Program-made: the position numbers and the translations under genes
Notes under the pieces: generated by a model
Database searches by the model: none
Told to the model about the DNA's origin: nothing
Seen by the model: only the letters and a program-made list of their open reading frames with translations
In this document: in pieces, positions 48,965 through 58,774 of the stretch
Layout of the letters: each line of letters begins with the position of its first letter
Numbering within the stretch: position 1 is the stretch's first letter
NCBI GenBank assembly: GCA_047601445.1
Contig: JASGJH010000001.1
Coordinates: forward strand, 2,048,001 to 2,112,000
DNA from: Myxococcales bacterium
Lineage (GTDB): Bacteria; Myxococcota_A; Polyangia; Polyangiales; DASUME01
Direction of reading: 5' to 3'
Length of the DNA: 64,000 nucleotides

Positions 48965-49451
48965 TCGTCCCTGGATCGCGGGTGACCTGGAGATCTCGCG
49001 CGAAGTGCTGGCTGAAATCGAGGCCCACGCGCTCGCGACCTATCCGAGCGAGTGTTGCGGCTTCGTGAGCGGGCCCCAGAGCCAGGCCAAGCTGCTCGAC
49101 GCCTACGTGCGCGAAGAGAACGAGGCCGACAAATATCACAAGCTCGACCCGGAGACGTTCCCGCGGACGTCACGGACGTACTTCAAGATCAACGAGCTCA
49201 GGGCCGCCAAGGCCTTCGACGCCGGCGACAAGAACGGCCGCCCGATCAAGGTCATCTATCATTCGCACTGTGACGCCGGCGCTTACTTCTCGCAGGAAGA
49301 CGCCGCCACGTTCGCCTCCGACAAACAGCTGATGTGGCCCTGCGCCTTCATCGTGGTGAGCGTGCAGAACGGCCAGCTCGCCGAGCGAAAGCTGTGGATC
49401 CACGTGCCCGGTACCAACGATTTCCGCGAATCCTCCCTGACCGTCCGATGA
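48954..49451 (+). CDS. JAMM/MPN+ metallopeptidase (Mec-like)
   Basis: YPSECCG and YHSHCDAGAYFSQED, matching E...HxH-x7-S-x2-D. Confidence 0.92.
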   Translation: MSGDRPWIAGDLEISREVLAEIEAHALATYPSECCGFVSGPQSQAKLLDAYVREENEADKYHKLDPETFPRTSRTYFKINELRAAKAFDAGDKNGRPIKVIYHSHCDAGAYFSQEDAATFASDKQLMWPCAFIVVSVQNGQLAERKLWIHVPGTNDFRESSLTVR

Positions 49452-51205
49452 ACGACATCGAAGAGCTTAGTTGCGATCTCCTGATCATCGGCGGCGGTGC
49501 GGCCGGCTGCGTCGCCGCCGTGGAGGCGCGTGAGAAGGCCCCGGACCTCGACGTCCTCTTGGTCGAGAAGGCCCACATCTACCGCAGTGGCTGTCTGGCC
49601 GCCGGCATCAGCGCCATCAACGCGTACCTGACGCCCGGAGAGACCGCCGAATCGTTCCTGCGCTACACCATCCGCGACACCCACGGCATCGTGCGCGACG
49701 ATCTGGTGCTGAGCATGGCGCGTGAGCTCAACGCGCAGTCCCACCGCGTGGAGAAGTGGGGCCTGCCCATCCCGCGCGACGAGAATGGCCACCCGCTCAA
49801 GCGCGGCCGTGCCTCGATCAAGATCCTGGGTGAGCGCATCAAGCCCATCATCGGCAAGGCCACCGAGGCCAGCGGCGCGCGCATCATGAACCGCGTGAAC
49901 ATCACCGGCCTGGCCACGCATCGTGGCCGCGTGATCGGCGCCTTCGGATTCAACATCCGCACCGGGAAGTTCATCTCCATCCGCGCCAAGGCGACCCTGC
50001 TCTGCACGGGGGGCACCGCGGGCCTGTATCGCCCCAACAACCCGGGCATGGCCTCTCACCGCATGTGGTACTCGCCCTTCAACACGGGCGCCGGCCTCGC
50101 GATGGGCATCCGCAGCGGCGCGGAGATGACGAGCTTCGAGTTCCGCTTCATCCCTCTGCGCATCAAGGACGCAATCGCTCCGACCGGCGAGATCGCACAG
50201 TGGCTCGGCGCCAAGCAGATCAACGCGCGCGGCGAGGCCTACCTGGACAAGTACTACCAGCACCTCGGCGGCTCTCGCATGACCACCCAGGATCGCCTCT
50301 ACGCGACGCTGCAAGAGAAGATGGCCGGTCGTGGACCTTGCTATCTGGACATCAGCAACGTGGACCCGCGCAAGCTGGAGGGCACCACGCGCTCGTACCT
50401 CTCGATGGCACCGCCGGCTGCGATGCTGCTGCAGGACGAGATGTACTACGGGCGGGGCGGCGGCTCGATGGCGCCGGTGGAAATCACGGGCAGCGAACCG
50501 CACGTCGTCGGCGGCCACGGTCTCTCGGGCTACTGGGTCGACGTGTCGCGCAAGACGACCCTGCCTGGTCTGTGGGCGGCGGGTGACGTGGCCGGTGGCT
50601 CGCCCAAGAAGTACGCGTCGGGAGCCTGGGCCGAAGGCGTGCTGGCGATTCGCGACATGATCGACGACGTGCGCACGCGGAAGTCTGTGGAGCTCGACGA
50701 GGAGCAGATCCTCAAGGAGCGTGACCGCGTGTTCGCGCCGTTCGAGGACAAGCCCGGCACTTCACCGCGTGAGCTGGAGGAGCGCCTGCAAAAGGTGATG
50801 GACGAGTACGCCGGCGGCATCAGCCAGATGTACATGTACTCGGAGGGCGAGCTGAAAATCGCCGAGATTCACCTCAAGCGTCTCGAGCAGGAGTTCAACG
50901 CCATCACCGCGGGTAGCTTGCACGAGCTGTTGCATGCTCACGAGTTGATGGATCGCGTGACCGTGGCGCAGACGCTGGTAGCTCACATGCTGCATCGCCA
51001 GGAGACACGCTGGCACTGCTATCAGGAGCGTGTGGACTATCCGCAGCGCGACGACGCTCGTTGGAGCGTATTCGTAAACTCGGTTCGCAAGGGCGACCGT
51101 ATCGAGATGGTGGAACGGCCGGTAGAGCGCGCGAATGTCGAAGTCGTGCTGCCAGAGCTCGCCGATGGCGCCATCATTCGTCACAGCACGAGTTCTTCGG
51201 AGTAG
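49448..51205 (+). CDS. aprA: Adenylylsulfate (APS) reductase alpha subunit (flavoprotein)
   Basis: IIGGGAAG, EKAHIYRSGCLAAGISAINAY, WYSPFNTGAG, FRFIPLRIKD and RQETRW motifs. Confidence 0.85.
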   Translation: MNDIEELSCDLLIIGGGAAGCVAAVEAREKAPDLDVLLVEKAHIYRSGCLAAGISAINAYLTPGETAESFLRYTIRDTHGIVRDDLVLSMARELNAQSHRVEKWGLPIPRDENGHPLKRGRASIKILGERIKPIIGKATEASGARIMNRVNITGLATHRGRVIGAFGFNIRTGKFISIRAKATLLCTGGTAGLYRPNNPGMASHRMWYSPFNTGAGLAMGIRSGAEMTSFEFRFIPLRIKDAIAPTGEIAQWLGAKQINARGEAYLDKYYQHLGGSRMTTQDRLYATLQEKMAGRGPCYLDISNVDPRKLEGTTRSYLSMAPPAAMLLQDEMYYGRGGGSMAPVEITGSEPHVVGGHGLSGYWVDVSRKTTLPGLWAAGDVAGGSPKKYASGAWAEGVLAIRDMIDDVRTRKSVELDEEQILKERDRVFAPFEDKPGTSPRELEERLQKVMDEYAGGISQMYMYSEGELKIAEIHLKRLEQEFNAITAGSLHELLHAHELMDRVTVAQTLVAHMLHRQETRWHCYQERVDYPQRDDARWSVFVNSVRKGDRIEMVERPVERANVEVVLPELADGAIIRHSTSSSE

Positions 51206-51244
51206 TGGTTCGCGCGCCGCGTCGCGTGAACGCAGGAGGAGCAG

Positions 51245-51586
51245 ATGGGTATCTTCGTAGACGAGAACGTGTGCAACGGCTGCGGCATCGCCGAGGAGCC
51301 CATGTGCGTGCGCGACTGTCCCGGCGACCTGATGATCCTCAAAGAGAATCGTAAGGCCATCATCCGGGACAACCGCGACTGCTGGGACTGCGCCGCGTGC
51401 GTGAAAGTGTGTCCGACTCAGGCCATCGCCATGCAGCTGCCGAGCTCGGTGATCGTGCGAGGCGTCAAGCTCAAGGGCCGCGCCATCAAGCACAAGACGA
51501 CTTGGAAGCTCAAGCTACGCGACGGCACGGAGCGCGCTTACGAGACGCCCAGCACGGGCAACGCTCCGTTCAACCCGAGCCTGTAG
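51245..51586 (+). CDS. aprB: APS reductase beta subunit (2x[4Fe-4S] ferredoxin)
   Basis: CNGC-x7-C-x3-CPGDLM and CWDCAACVKVCP; follows aprA; GGAGGAG RBS. Confidence 0.85.
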   Translation: MGIFVDENVCNGCGIAEEPMCVRDCPGDLMILKENRKAIIRDNRDCWDCAACVKVCPTQAIAMQLPSSVIVRGVKLKGRAIKHKTTWKLKLRDGTERAYETPSTGNAPFNPSL

Positions 51587-51654
51587 CGGGCGATGTCGAT
51601 CGCCGGGCAGGCCACACACGGGGCCTGCCCGTAGCGCGGCGGTCGCGACGGCCC

Positions 51655-51689
51655 CAAAGCAAAACGGCGAACCCACTGGGTCCGCCGTT
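51655..51689 (-). terminator. Rho-independent terminator of the rplS operon
   Basis: Minus-strand hairpin AACGGCGGACCC/GGGTTCGCCGTT followed by TTGCTTT. Confidence 0.7.
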
Positions 51690-51726
51690 CCTGCACACGT
51701 ATCGAGCCCGCTCGGGGCTCGCTCGC

Positions 51727-52113
51727 TCAGCCCTCGGAGGCCGCCGCAGCAGACACGTGCGAGCGGTTGCTCTCGCGGAGGCGGGCCTTCTTGCCCTCGA
51801 GACCGCGCATGTAGTAGAGGCGCGAGCGGCGAACGCGGCCGCGGAAGCCGATTTCGATCTTCTCGATGCGAGGCGAGTTGATGGGGAAGATACGCTCCAC
51901 GCCAACGCCGTAGGACACCTTGCGCACCGCGAAGGTGGCGCCGACGCTGCCCTTGGACTTGCGAATGACGGTGCCCTGGAAGACCTGAACGCGGTCCTTC
52001 TCGCCTTCGCTGATGCGGAAGTGGATCTTCACCGTGTCACCGACGCGGAAATCCGGGAGGGTACGAACCTGTGCCTGCTCGATGGCGGCAATCTGAGGAA
52101 TGGTGCTGGCCAT
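51727..52113 (-). CDS. rplS: 50S ribosomal protein L19
   Basis: [25 protein letters not shown] and [10 protein letters not shown] motifs. Confidence 0.97.
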   Translation of the reverse strand: MASTIPQIAAIEQAQVRTLPDFRVGDTVKIHFRISEGEKDRVQVFQGTVIRKSKGSVGATFAVRKVSYGVGVERIFPINSPRIEKIEIGFRGRVRRSRLYYMRGLEGKKARLRESNRSHVSAAAASEG

Positions 52114-52305
52114 GGCCTGGTTTCTCCGTCCGACACACGCGCGAGTCGCGGCGTGAGTGATCAAGGTGACGCGCGCGGGTCTACGGCGCGAGCGACATTA
52201 GGGCCGCCTTCTTGACATGCCCGATGGGGGGCGTCAATCGCCCGCCGGAACTTGGCGAGTTTCCAGGCTCTTGAGCGGTTCCAAGAGCCAAAACTCCGGC
52301 GTTTC

Positions 52306-53613
52306 TCAGGATGCGCCCAGATCTCCGAACAGGCGGTCGAGAATAATTGCGCAAGCAGCGCGCACGGACAGGTGGTTGTAGGTGCCGGGGCGAATCGGGG
52401 GAAGCGCCAGATCCGCCTGCTCCAGGACTTCCTGGGCCAACCCGTGGCCAGTCCCGAACAGGAGCAGCCAGGGGCGGTTCTCGCGGGCCATCTCGGCCCG
52501 CACTTCGCGGAAGGGGGTCGCAGCCACCCCACCCGGCAAGCGGGCTGCCGTGACCACCAGGCGCGGCCGCTGGCCGTGTGCGGCCTCGATGGCGGCAATG
52601 GTGGCGGCAATCGAGTCGATGGGCCGGGCCAGGGACAGGGCGACCCCGCGCTCTGGTACGCGCCGCTTGCCGCTGCCCTCCACCCAGTGCTCGAGGATCT
52701 TGTCCACCAGCGCCCGCTGGGCCTCGATGGGCGTGATCACGTAGTAGCCCGCGAGACCGAACGAACGGCTCGAGCGCGAGATGTCGTGCACGTCGAGGTT
52801 CGTGACGGCGGTGGTCACGATGTTGCCCTCGCGGTCCTTCACCGGATAGTGCACCAGGCCCACGTAGATGGGCGCGCGCTCGGGGGCCCCGCGTTCCCGC
52901 TCGAGCTCGCTCAGCAGCGTGCGGTCCTCGGCACTCAGTGAGGCCTGCCCGAAGAGATCCGGGCGCTGGGTCCGCGTGCGCCGCAGCACCTCCTTGCGGC
53001 GGTAGCGAGCCACGGCGCCGTGATCGCCCGAGAGCAGCACTTCGGGCACACGCTGTTCACGAAACTCGGGCGGACGCGTGTACTGCGGATACTCCAGCAT
53101 GCCGTGGGAATGGCTCTCCTCGTGGGTGCTCTCCATGTTCCCGAGCACCCCGGGCAACAGCCGCGCCGTCGCCTCGATGACCGCCATGGCCGCGACCTCG
53201 CCGCCCGTCATCACGAAGTCGCCGAGTGAAATCTGTTCGTCCATCGCCTCGCGGACACGCTCGTCCACGCCCTCGTAGCGGCCGCACACGAGCGCGATGC
53301 CAGGGTAGGTGGCGAGCCGACGCGCCGTGGCCTGATCGAAGGGCTTTCCCTGCGGAGTGAGCAACACGCGGTGCAAGCGTCCCGTGGTCTCGCGGGACTC
53401 CAGGGCCTCGAGGATGGGGCCCGGCATCATCACCATGCCGCTGCCGCCGCCGTAGGGCGCGTCATCGACGGACTTGTGCTTGTTCTTGGTGAAGTCCCGG
53501 ATGTTGGTGCACTCGACGCGAATAAGGCCGTTCTCGTGCGCCTTGGCGACCAGGCCCTTCTGCAGGAAAGAGGCAAACAGCTCGGGGAAGATCGTGATGA
53601 CTTCGAAGCGCAT
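52306..53613 (-). CDS. trmD: tRNA (guanine37-N1)-methyltransferase fused to a second SPOUT-type RNA methyltransferase domain
   Basis: VDDAPYGGGSGM, CGRYEGVDER, SLGDFVMTGGE, EYPQYTRP. C-terminal domain LVHYPV..TNLDVHDISR..FGTGHG..YNHLSVR. Confidence 0.93.
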   Translation of the reverse strand: MRFEVITIFPELFASFLQKGLVAKAHENGLIRVECTNIRDFTKNKHKSVDDAPYGGGSGMVMMPGPILEALESRETTGRLHRVLLTPQGKPFDQATARRLATYPGIALVCGRYEGVDERVREAMDEQISLGDFVMTGGEVAAMAVIEATARLLPGVLGNMESTHEESHSHGMLEYPQYTRPPEFREQRVPEVLLSGDHGAVARYRRKEVLRRTRTQRPDLFGQASLSAEDRTLLSELERERGAPERAPIYVGLVHYPVKDREGNIVTTAVTNLDVHDISRSSRSFGLAGYYVITPIEAQRALVDKILEHWVEGSGKRRVPERGVALSLARPIDSIAATIAAIEAAHGQRPRLVVTAARLPGGVAATPFREVRAEMARENRPWLLLFGTGHGLAQEVLEQADLALPPIRPGTYNHLSVRAACAIILDRLFGDLGAS

Positions 53614-54161
53614 CAGTCGGCCTTGGTGTGCAGCACGTCGAGCTCATCGAGGTGATCGACGACCACGAATCCCGCCTCGACGTCGATCTCCACGAGATAG
53701 CGCTCGGTGTCGGGCACCTCCCAAGCCCCGCCCTCGCCCTTCACCAGCAGGCAGGCGATGCTCGGGTACTGCACGATGTCCTCCACGCGCCCGAACGCCG
53801 CGCCCTGCGCGTCGCGGGCTTCGAGGCCCACGAGATCGACGAGGTACACCTCGCCCTCTTCGGGTTCGGGAAGCGCGGAGCGAGGCACGCAAACCAAGCT
53901 GCCCCGCAGGGCCTCGGACGTGTTGCGGTCCGTCACGCCTTCGAGCGCCAGGATGAGCTGATCGGCGTGGCCCCGGGCACCGCGCACGGCGTAGCTACGC
54001 GTCGTGCCGTCCGGCTGCTTGAGCACGATCTGCTCGAGTTCGCGCAAGAGCTCGCTTTCCGGATTGAACGGCTTGAGCGAGAGCTCTCCGCGCAGTCCGT
54101 GGGCTCGCACCACGGCGGCGAGCTCGACCAGCTCGTCTTGGCCGACAGGCGCACGGGCCAC
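53613..54161 (-). CDS. rimM: Ribosome maturation factor RimM
   Basis: RAHGLRGEL and EGEVYLVDLVGL; canonical operon position. Confidence 0.93.
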   Translation of the reverse strand: MARAPVGQDELVELAAVVRAHGLRGELSLKPFNPESELLRELEQIVLKQPDGTTRSYAVRGARGHADQLILALEGVTDRNTSEALRGSLVCVPRSALPEPEEGEVYLVDLVGLEARDAQGAAFGRVEDIVQYPSIACLLVKGEGGAWEVPDTERYLVEIDVEAGFVVVDHLDELDVLHTKAD

Positions 54162-54172
54162 TTGAACCCGCC

Positions 54173-54412
54173 TTATTCGAGGATCTCGAGCACCGCGCGG
54201 CGCTGACGCCGGGCGCTCGCTGCAGCCAACAAGGTGCGAATGGCGCGGGCCGTGCGACCTTCGCGACCGATCACCTTGCCCAGGTCGCTCTTGGCGACCG
54301 TCAGCTCCACCACGATGGTGTTGTCACCGTCGATGGCTTCGACTTCGACCGCGTCCGGGTCATCCACGAGAGAGCGTGCGATGTACCCGATGAGCTCTTC
54401 GATTTGCTCCAT
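54173..54412 (-). CDS. khpA: KH-domain RNA-binding protein
   Basis: DLGKVIGREGRTARAIRTLL; between rpsP and rimM. Confidence 0.92.
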   Translation of the reverse strand: MEQIEELIGYIARSLVDDPDAVEVEAIDGDNTIVVELTVAKSDLGKVIGREGRTARAIRTLLAAASARRQRRAVLEILE

Positions 54413-54434
54413 CAGAAGCCTCTTCGCGGGCGCC

Positions 54435-54683
54435 TCAGGCGCTCGCGGCCTTCTTCTTCTCGCGCACGATGTGGCTCACGCGCTCGGAAAGCTGCGCGCC
54501 GACGCCAACCCAGTAGTCGAGACGGTCGAACTGGATGTTCGCGGAAGCATCGGGCTCGTGCGGGTCGTAGGTGCCCAGCTGCTCGATGAAGCGGCCGTCA
54601 CGGCAGCTCGCGTTGTCGGTGGCGACGATGTGATAGAACGGGCGCTGCTTGGTGCCACGACGGGCCAAACGGACGATGACCAT
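54435..54683 (-). CDS. rpsP: 30S ribosomal protein S16
   Basis: MVIVRLARRGTKQRPFYHIV, RDGRFIEQLGTYDP and GAQLSERV motifs. Confidence 0.96.
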   Translation of the reverse strand: MVIVRLARRGTKQRPFYHIVATDNASCRDGRFIEQLGTYDPHEPDASANIQFDRLDYWVGVGAQLSERVSHIVREKKKAASA

Positions 54684-54959
54684 GCTGCTCTCTTCTCGCT
54701 GGCGCGCCCGAAGCGCGCTTTGACTTGGGTGTGCGGCCACGTGCCCGGACCGCTCGCACGCTCGAGCGACGGGGCTCGAACGAGGGGCGGGAAGCTAGCC
54801 GCTGGTCGCCCGCCGGTCAAGTGAGCTTACAGGTGCAGTTACGGGGCAGTTCCGGCTCGAGCAGTGGATCTGGGCAGGCGATCCGGGTCGCTGGAGCGAG
54901 GCGCGAATATCCCCGAGTGGGTGGCGTTAAGCGCCAGAAGTCCCAGGAATGCCTCTTGA

Positions 54960-56597
54960 ATGCGCTATGGTCCCCAATCTGTGCAGCGGTTCAGCCTACC
55001 CCATCTCTGGTTGCTCCTCTTTGTTTCGTCCTGCGCCTGGATGGGCCGCTGTGACGGCAAGACCCAGCCCAGCAAGCTGGCCCCGCCGCGCCCGCCCGCC
55101 GATCTGCGGCTGGTGGTGCTGACCGATCCCAAGGGCTACCTCGAGCCTTGCGGCTGCCAGATGCGCCCCCTCGGCGGCATCGACAAGCTGGCCACCGAGC
55201 TCGAGCAAGCGCGCCGGGGCAAGGCGCCCGTGGTGGCGGTGGCCGCGGGAGATCTCACGTTCGGCACCGTGCTGCGAGCGGAGGACGCCGCGCGTTCCCA
55301 GACGCAGGAGGACTGGCGCGCGGAGACCTTGGTCGACGTGTGGAGTGGGCTGGGTTTGGCCGCTGCCACCCCGGGGCCGGCCGATTTCGGGCAAAAGCCG
55401 GAGACGCTCGCCGGACTCGTGACGCGCAGCAAGTTCCCGTGGCTGGCCGAGAACCTGACCGGACCGGGCACCGATCAGCTCGGCCGCGCGCGCGTGATCG
55501 ACGCGGGAAGCATCAAGGTCGGTCTATTCGGGCTCGTGGCTCCCTCGCCGGCGCTTCACCTACCGAGCGAAGTCACGCTCGACCCGAAGCTCGGCGAGGT
55601 CGCGCGCAAGACCAGCGACGCCCTACGCGCCCAGGGCGCACGCGTGGTCGTGGCCCTGCTCACGGGGGACCGCAAGAGCGCGCGCGAAGTCGCGGAAGCG
55701 GGTGCCGACGTGGTGGTACTCGGCGGCGTCGATCAAGAGAAGCCGCTCGCGCCCGTGCTGGTGGGAGACAGGGGCATCGTGATCAATGCCGGCTACCAGG
55801 GCCAGCGCATGGTCACGCTCGACCTCGAGCTGGACGCCCAGGGCGCCTGGCACGATGCCAGCGAGTGGACCCTGCGCGAGAGCCGCAAGGATCTGGAGCG
55901 CGACGCGTCGGAGCTGGAGCAGAAGATCGCGGCTTGGTCGAAGGATACGCACGTGAAGGCCTCCGATCTCGACGCGCAACGCGGGCGCTTGGCGAGCCTG
56001 CAGAACGAGCTCAAAGCGCGCAGCGTGCCGAGCTACAGCGGGCGCTGGTTCGCAGCCGACGTGACCGAGCTCTCGCCCGACGTGAAGGACAACGCGGAGA
56101 TCCGTAAGCAGATCGACGAGTACAATCGGCGCATCAACGAGCACAACAAGAAGGTCTTCGCGGACGTCAAACCTGTGCCGGCGCCCGAGGGCAGCGCTCA
56201 CTATGCGGGGTCCGAGTCGTGCCAGAGCTGCCATGCCGAAGCCTACGCGTGGTGGAAGAACACCAAGCACGGACGCGCCTACGCGACGCTCGAGAACGTT
56301 CACAAGGAGTTCAACACCACCTGCGTGGGCTGTCATGTCACGGGCTACAACAAGCCCGGCGGGAGCACGGTTGCCTACGTGGACGGACTCAAAGACGTGG
56401 GTTGTGAGAACTGCCATGGCCCTGGCAGCCTGCACAATGCGGCGCCCGACAAACCGGGGCTTGTCGCGCGAGACGCTCCTGAAGCAGTATGCGTGGGTTG
56501 TCACAATCACGAGCACAGCGACCGCTTCGTCTACGAGGCCTTCAAGCCCTTGCTGGTCGTGCCCGGTCATGGCTTGCCCAAGGCCAAGGCGAACTGA
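54960..56597 (+). CDS. Multiheme c-type cytochrome with N-terminal 5'-nucleotidase-like domain
   Basis: Four CxxCH motifs (CQSCH, CVGCH, CENCH, CVGCH). N-domain GYLEPCGC..LGG, AAGD. Lipoprotein-like signal. Confidence 0.85.
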   Translation: MRYGPQSVQRFSLPHLWLLLFVSSCAWMGRCDGKTQPSKLAPPRPPADLRLVVLTDPKGYLEPCGCQMRPLGGIDKLATELEQARRGKAPVVAVAAGDLTFGTVLRAEDAARSQTQEDWRAETLVDVWSGLGLAAATPGPADFGQKPETLAGLVTRSKFPWLAENLTGPGTDQLGRARVIDAGSIKVGLFGLVAPSPALHLPSEVTLDPKLGEVARKTSDALRAQGARVVVALLTGDRKSAREVAEAGADVVVLGGVDQEKPLAPVLVGDRGIVINAGYQGQRMVTLDLELDAQGAWHDASEWTLRESRKDLERDASELEQKIAAWSKDTHVKASDLDAQRGRLASLQNELKARSVPSYSGRWFAADVTELSPDVKDNAEIRKQIDEYNRRINEHNKKVFADVKPVPAPEGSAHYAGSESCQSCHAEAYAWWKNTKHGRAYATLENVHKEFNTTCVGCHVTGYNKPGGSTVAYVDGLKDVGCENCHGPGSLHNAAPDKPGLVARDAPEAVCVGCHNHEHSDRFVYEAFKPLLVVPGHGLPKAKAN

Positions 56598-57022
56598 TCG
56601 TCCGCCTCGTCCTGCTGGGCTTCGTCCTGATCGCCGCTGGCTCCTGCTGCTCGGGAATCCGCAGCTCGCGCGCGACGCAGGCCAGCACCACCACGACACC
56701 ACCGCCGCCGGTCGACCCCGCTGGCGGTGAGGTCCTGCGCGGTCAGGCAAGCTTTTACGCGAACTCCCTGCGCGGTCATCCGACCGCGAGCGGCGAGCGC
56801 TACGATCCGCGCAAGCTCACGGCAGCCAATCGCACCCTTCCCTTCGGCACCCGCCTGCGCGTCACGCGGCTCGACAATGGGAAGTCCGTGGTGGTTACGG
56901 TCAACGACCGCGGTCCGTTCGGGCACCGACGCCGCATCCTGGACCTCTCGCGCGCGGCCGCGGAGCAGCTCGACATGCTCGGGGCGGGCGTCGTGCAAGT
57001 GCAAGCCCAAGTCGTTCCGTGA
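56594..57022 (+). CDS. rlpA: Septal-ring lytic transglycosylase RlpA family protein
   Basis: GQASFY, TASGERYD, TAANRTLPFGT, VNDRGPF, ILDLSRAAA. Start codon unclear (no canonical start at the signal peptide). Confidence 0.85.
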   Translation: MIVRLVLLGFVLIAAGSCCSGIRSSRATQASTTTTPPPPVDPAGGEVLRGQASFYANSLRGHPTASGERYDPRKLTAANRTLPFGTRLRVTRLDNGKSVVVTVNDRGPFGHRRRILDLSRAAAEQLDMLGAGVVQVQAQVVP

Positions 57023-57035
57023 AGCTCGCGGCGAG

Positions 57036-57455
57036 CTAAGGGCGCGATTGGACGTTGTCGCGCACCCACTGCACGATGACGTCGAGCGGTGTGCCTGGCG
57101 AGAAAATCCCGCTCACACCGAGGCCGCGCAGGCGCTCCGCGTCTTCCTCCGGAATGATGCCACCACCGAATACCGCGATGTCCTCGGCCCCCCGTGCGCG
57201 CAGGGCCTCCATCACGGCGGGAAACAGCACATTGTGGGCTCCGGACATGATTGAGAGCCCCACGCAGTCCACGTCCTCCTGCAGCGCCGTGGCGGCGATC
57301 ATCTCGGGCGTCTGGTGAAGCCCCGTGTAGATGACCTCGAAGCCCGCGTCCCGCAGGGCGCGTGCCACGACCTTGGCGCCGCGGTCGTGGCCGTCGAGGC
57401 CGGGCTTGGCCACCAGGACACGAATCGATTTGGGTGCCTGCGAGGAATCCGTCAT
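57036..57455 (-). CDS. Stand-alone cobalamin-binding subunit (methylmalonyl-CoA mutase small-subunit type)
   Basis: [13 protein letters not shown] (DxHxxG), [14 protein letters not shown]. Confidence 0.93.
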   Translation of the reverse strand: MTDSSQAPKSIRVLVAKPGLDGHDRGAKVVARALRDAGFEVIYTGLHQTPEMIAATALQEDVDCVGLSIMSGAHNVLFPAVMEALRARGAEDIAVFGGGIIPEEDAERLRGLGVSGIFSPGTPLDVIVQWVRDNVQSRP

Positions 57456-58774
57456 GTCACTCGGCGCAGTGAGAAGCGCCCTTCGCGCTTCAGCAGCATG
57501 CTGGTGGGACGTAACACGAGCCCCCGGGCCAGACCGGTGAGACGTCCGCCGATCCAGACGACCTCATCTCCTTCGGCCATGGCGCGCAACGTGTCGGTCA
57601 TCGGGACATCCGCGTCGTCGACCAACTCGATCCCCGCGTGCGACGCGTCCCGCACATGGATGGGCTCGAGCCCGAGCTTACGCCCGGCAGGCTCGAACAA
57701 GACGAAGGGCTCGGAGGTCCCGGGCGCCCGGCGCGCGATGCTCGCGTAGTAGCTGGCCAGATCGCTGACCTTGGTGCGCGCGAATTCGCTGACACGGCTC
57801 CACTGCTCCTGAGTGGCCTCGGGTGAAACGGTGTACTGCAGGAGACGCAGGCGGCGCGGCTGGACCGCGTCGTCGATCTCGGCGTAGGCGACCTGGACCG
57901 CGCGTGGACAGGGGCCCACGGACGCGTCTTGTTCACCGCGCCGACGCTCCTCGCTGTAGACCTCGCCATCGTGCAGGTCGAGCAGGTAGCGACGCTCGAT
58001 CGACGCGCGGGAGGTGCCCGCGAGCCACTCGCGACCGACCTCGACCAAGGTGCTGTCGGCCAAAGCGTCCAGCGCTTCGCCCTCGCGACGCCCAAGCCAG
58101 CTGCGAAACTGCGCGACCGACTTCGGCGCGGGTTTCTCGGCCTGCACGTCGAAGGCGAGGCGCTGCGCGCCGTCCAGCAGGCGCGCCACCTTGCCGACCT
58201 CCCCCACTGCCAGGGCTTCCGTGACGCGACCGACCCAACGAGCCAACGTGAGGCTCAGAGGGCGCGGCGCGCGCTCGAGCACCTGGTCCAACGCCTGGCG
58301 GATCGAGGGCGAATCGGGGGCGTCGATCCCGGTGCGGGCCATGGCCAGGCAGAGCTCGTCCAGCGCGGTCGCGAGCCCGGTGATCTCCATGAGCATGGAG
58401 GGCGGCGGCGGGCGCAACGAGGAGCGGACGGGAGCCTCGCCGAAGTTGGGAGCGGCGTTGGGCACAGCAGAACCCTCGAGCCCCAGAAAGCTCGCGGCGA
58501 TCTTCTGATGCTCGCAGACCTCAGCGGGCGATTCGCGCGTCCCGAGGCGCTCCTGCGACTCGCGCCCCGCGGCCCCGCGTAGCTCACTGACCTCGCGTGC
58601 GACGCTGCGCGAGTCCGCGGCGCTGCACGTGCACTGCGCGCGCAGCTTGCCGTGGCGCACGAAGAAGCTGACCTGCTCGCCGTTTACCTCGCAGGAAACA
58701 CGGCGCAGGCCTGCGTCAGCGTGCACGAGAAAGCGGGCCACGGCCGGCTCGTGGGCGGCAAACTCCGTGGTCAT
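57452..58774 (-). CDS. Hypothetical protein with SWIM-like zinc finger
   Basis: CTC...CEH with a long insert; ATG at 58774 overlaps the upstream stop. Confidence 0.6.
   Translation of the reverse strand: MTTEFAAHEPAVARFLVHADAGLRRVSCEVNGEQVSFFVRHGKLRAQCTCSAADSRSVAREVSELRGAAGRESQERLGTRESPAEVCEHQKIAASFLGLEGSAVPNAAPNFGEAPVRSSLRPPPPSMLMEITGLATALDELCLAMARTGIDAPDSPSIRQALDQVLERAPRPLSLTLARWVGRVTEALAVGEVGKVARLLDGAQRLAFDVQAEKPAPKSVAQFRSWLGRREGEALDALADSTLVEVGREWLAGTSRASIERRYLLDLHDGEVYSEERRRGEQDASVGPCPRAVQVAYAEIDDAVQPRRLRLLQYTVSPEATQEQWSRVSEFARTKVSDLASYYASIARRAPGTSEPFVLFEPAGRKLGLEPIHVRDASHAGIELVDDADVPMTDTLRAMAEGDEVVWIGGRLTGLARGLVLRPTSMLLKREGRFSLRRVT

Noticed and set aside
46595..49451. E1 + ubiquitin-like + JAB genes as an anti-phage conjugation system (Bil/CBASS-type)
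   Set aside because: No E2 or CD-NTase. The genes are interleaved with cysK, cysM and aprAB, which points to sulfur transfer.
49448..51586. Evidence for dissimilatory sulfate reduction
   Set aside because: No sat, qmo, aprM or dsr genes in the window; the context is cysteine biosynthesis.
55135..55160. Selenocysteine in the CGC motif of the cytochrome
   Set aside because: Both codons are TGC; no in-frame TGA.
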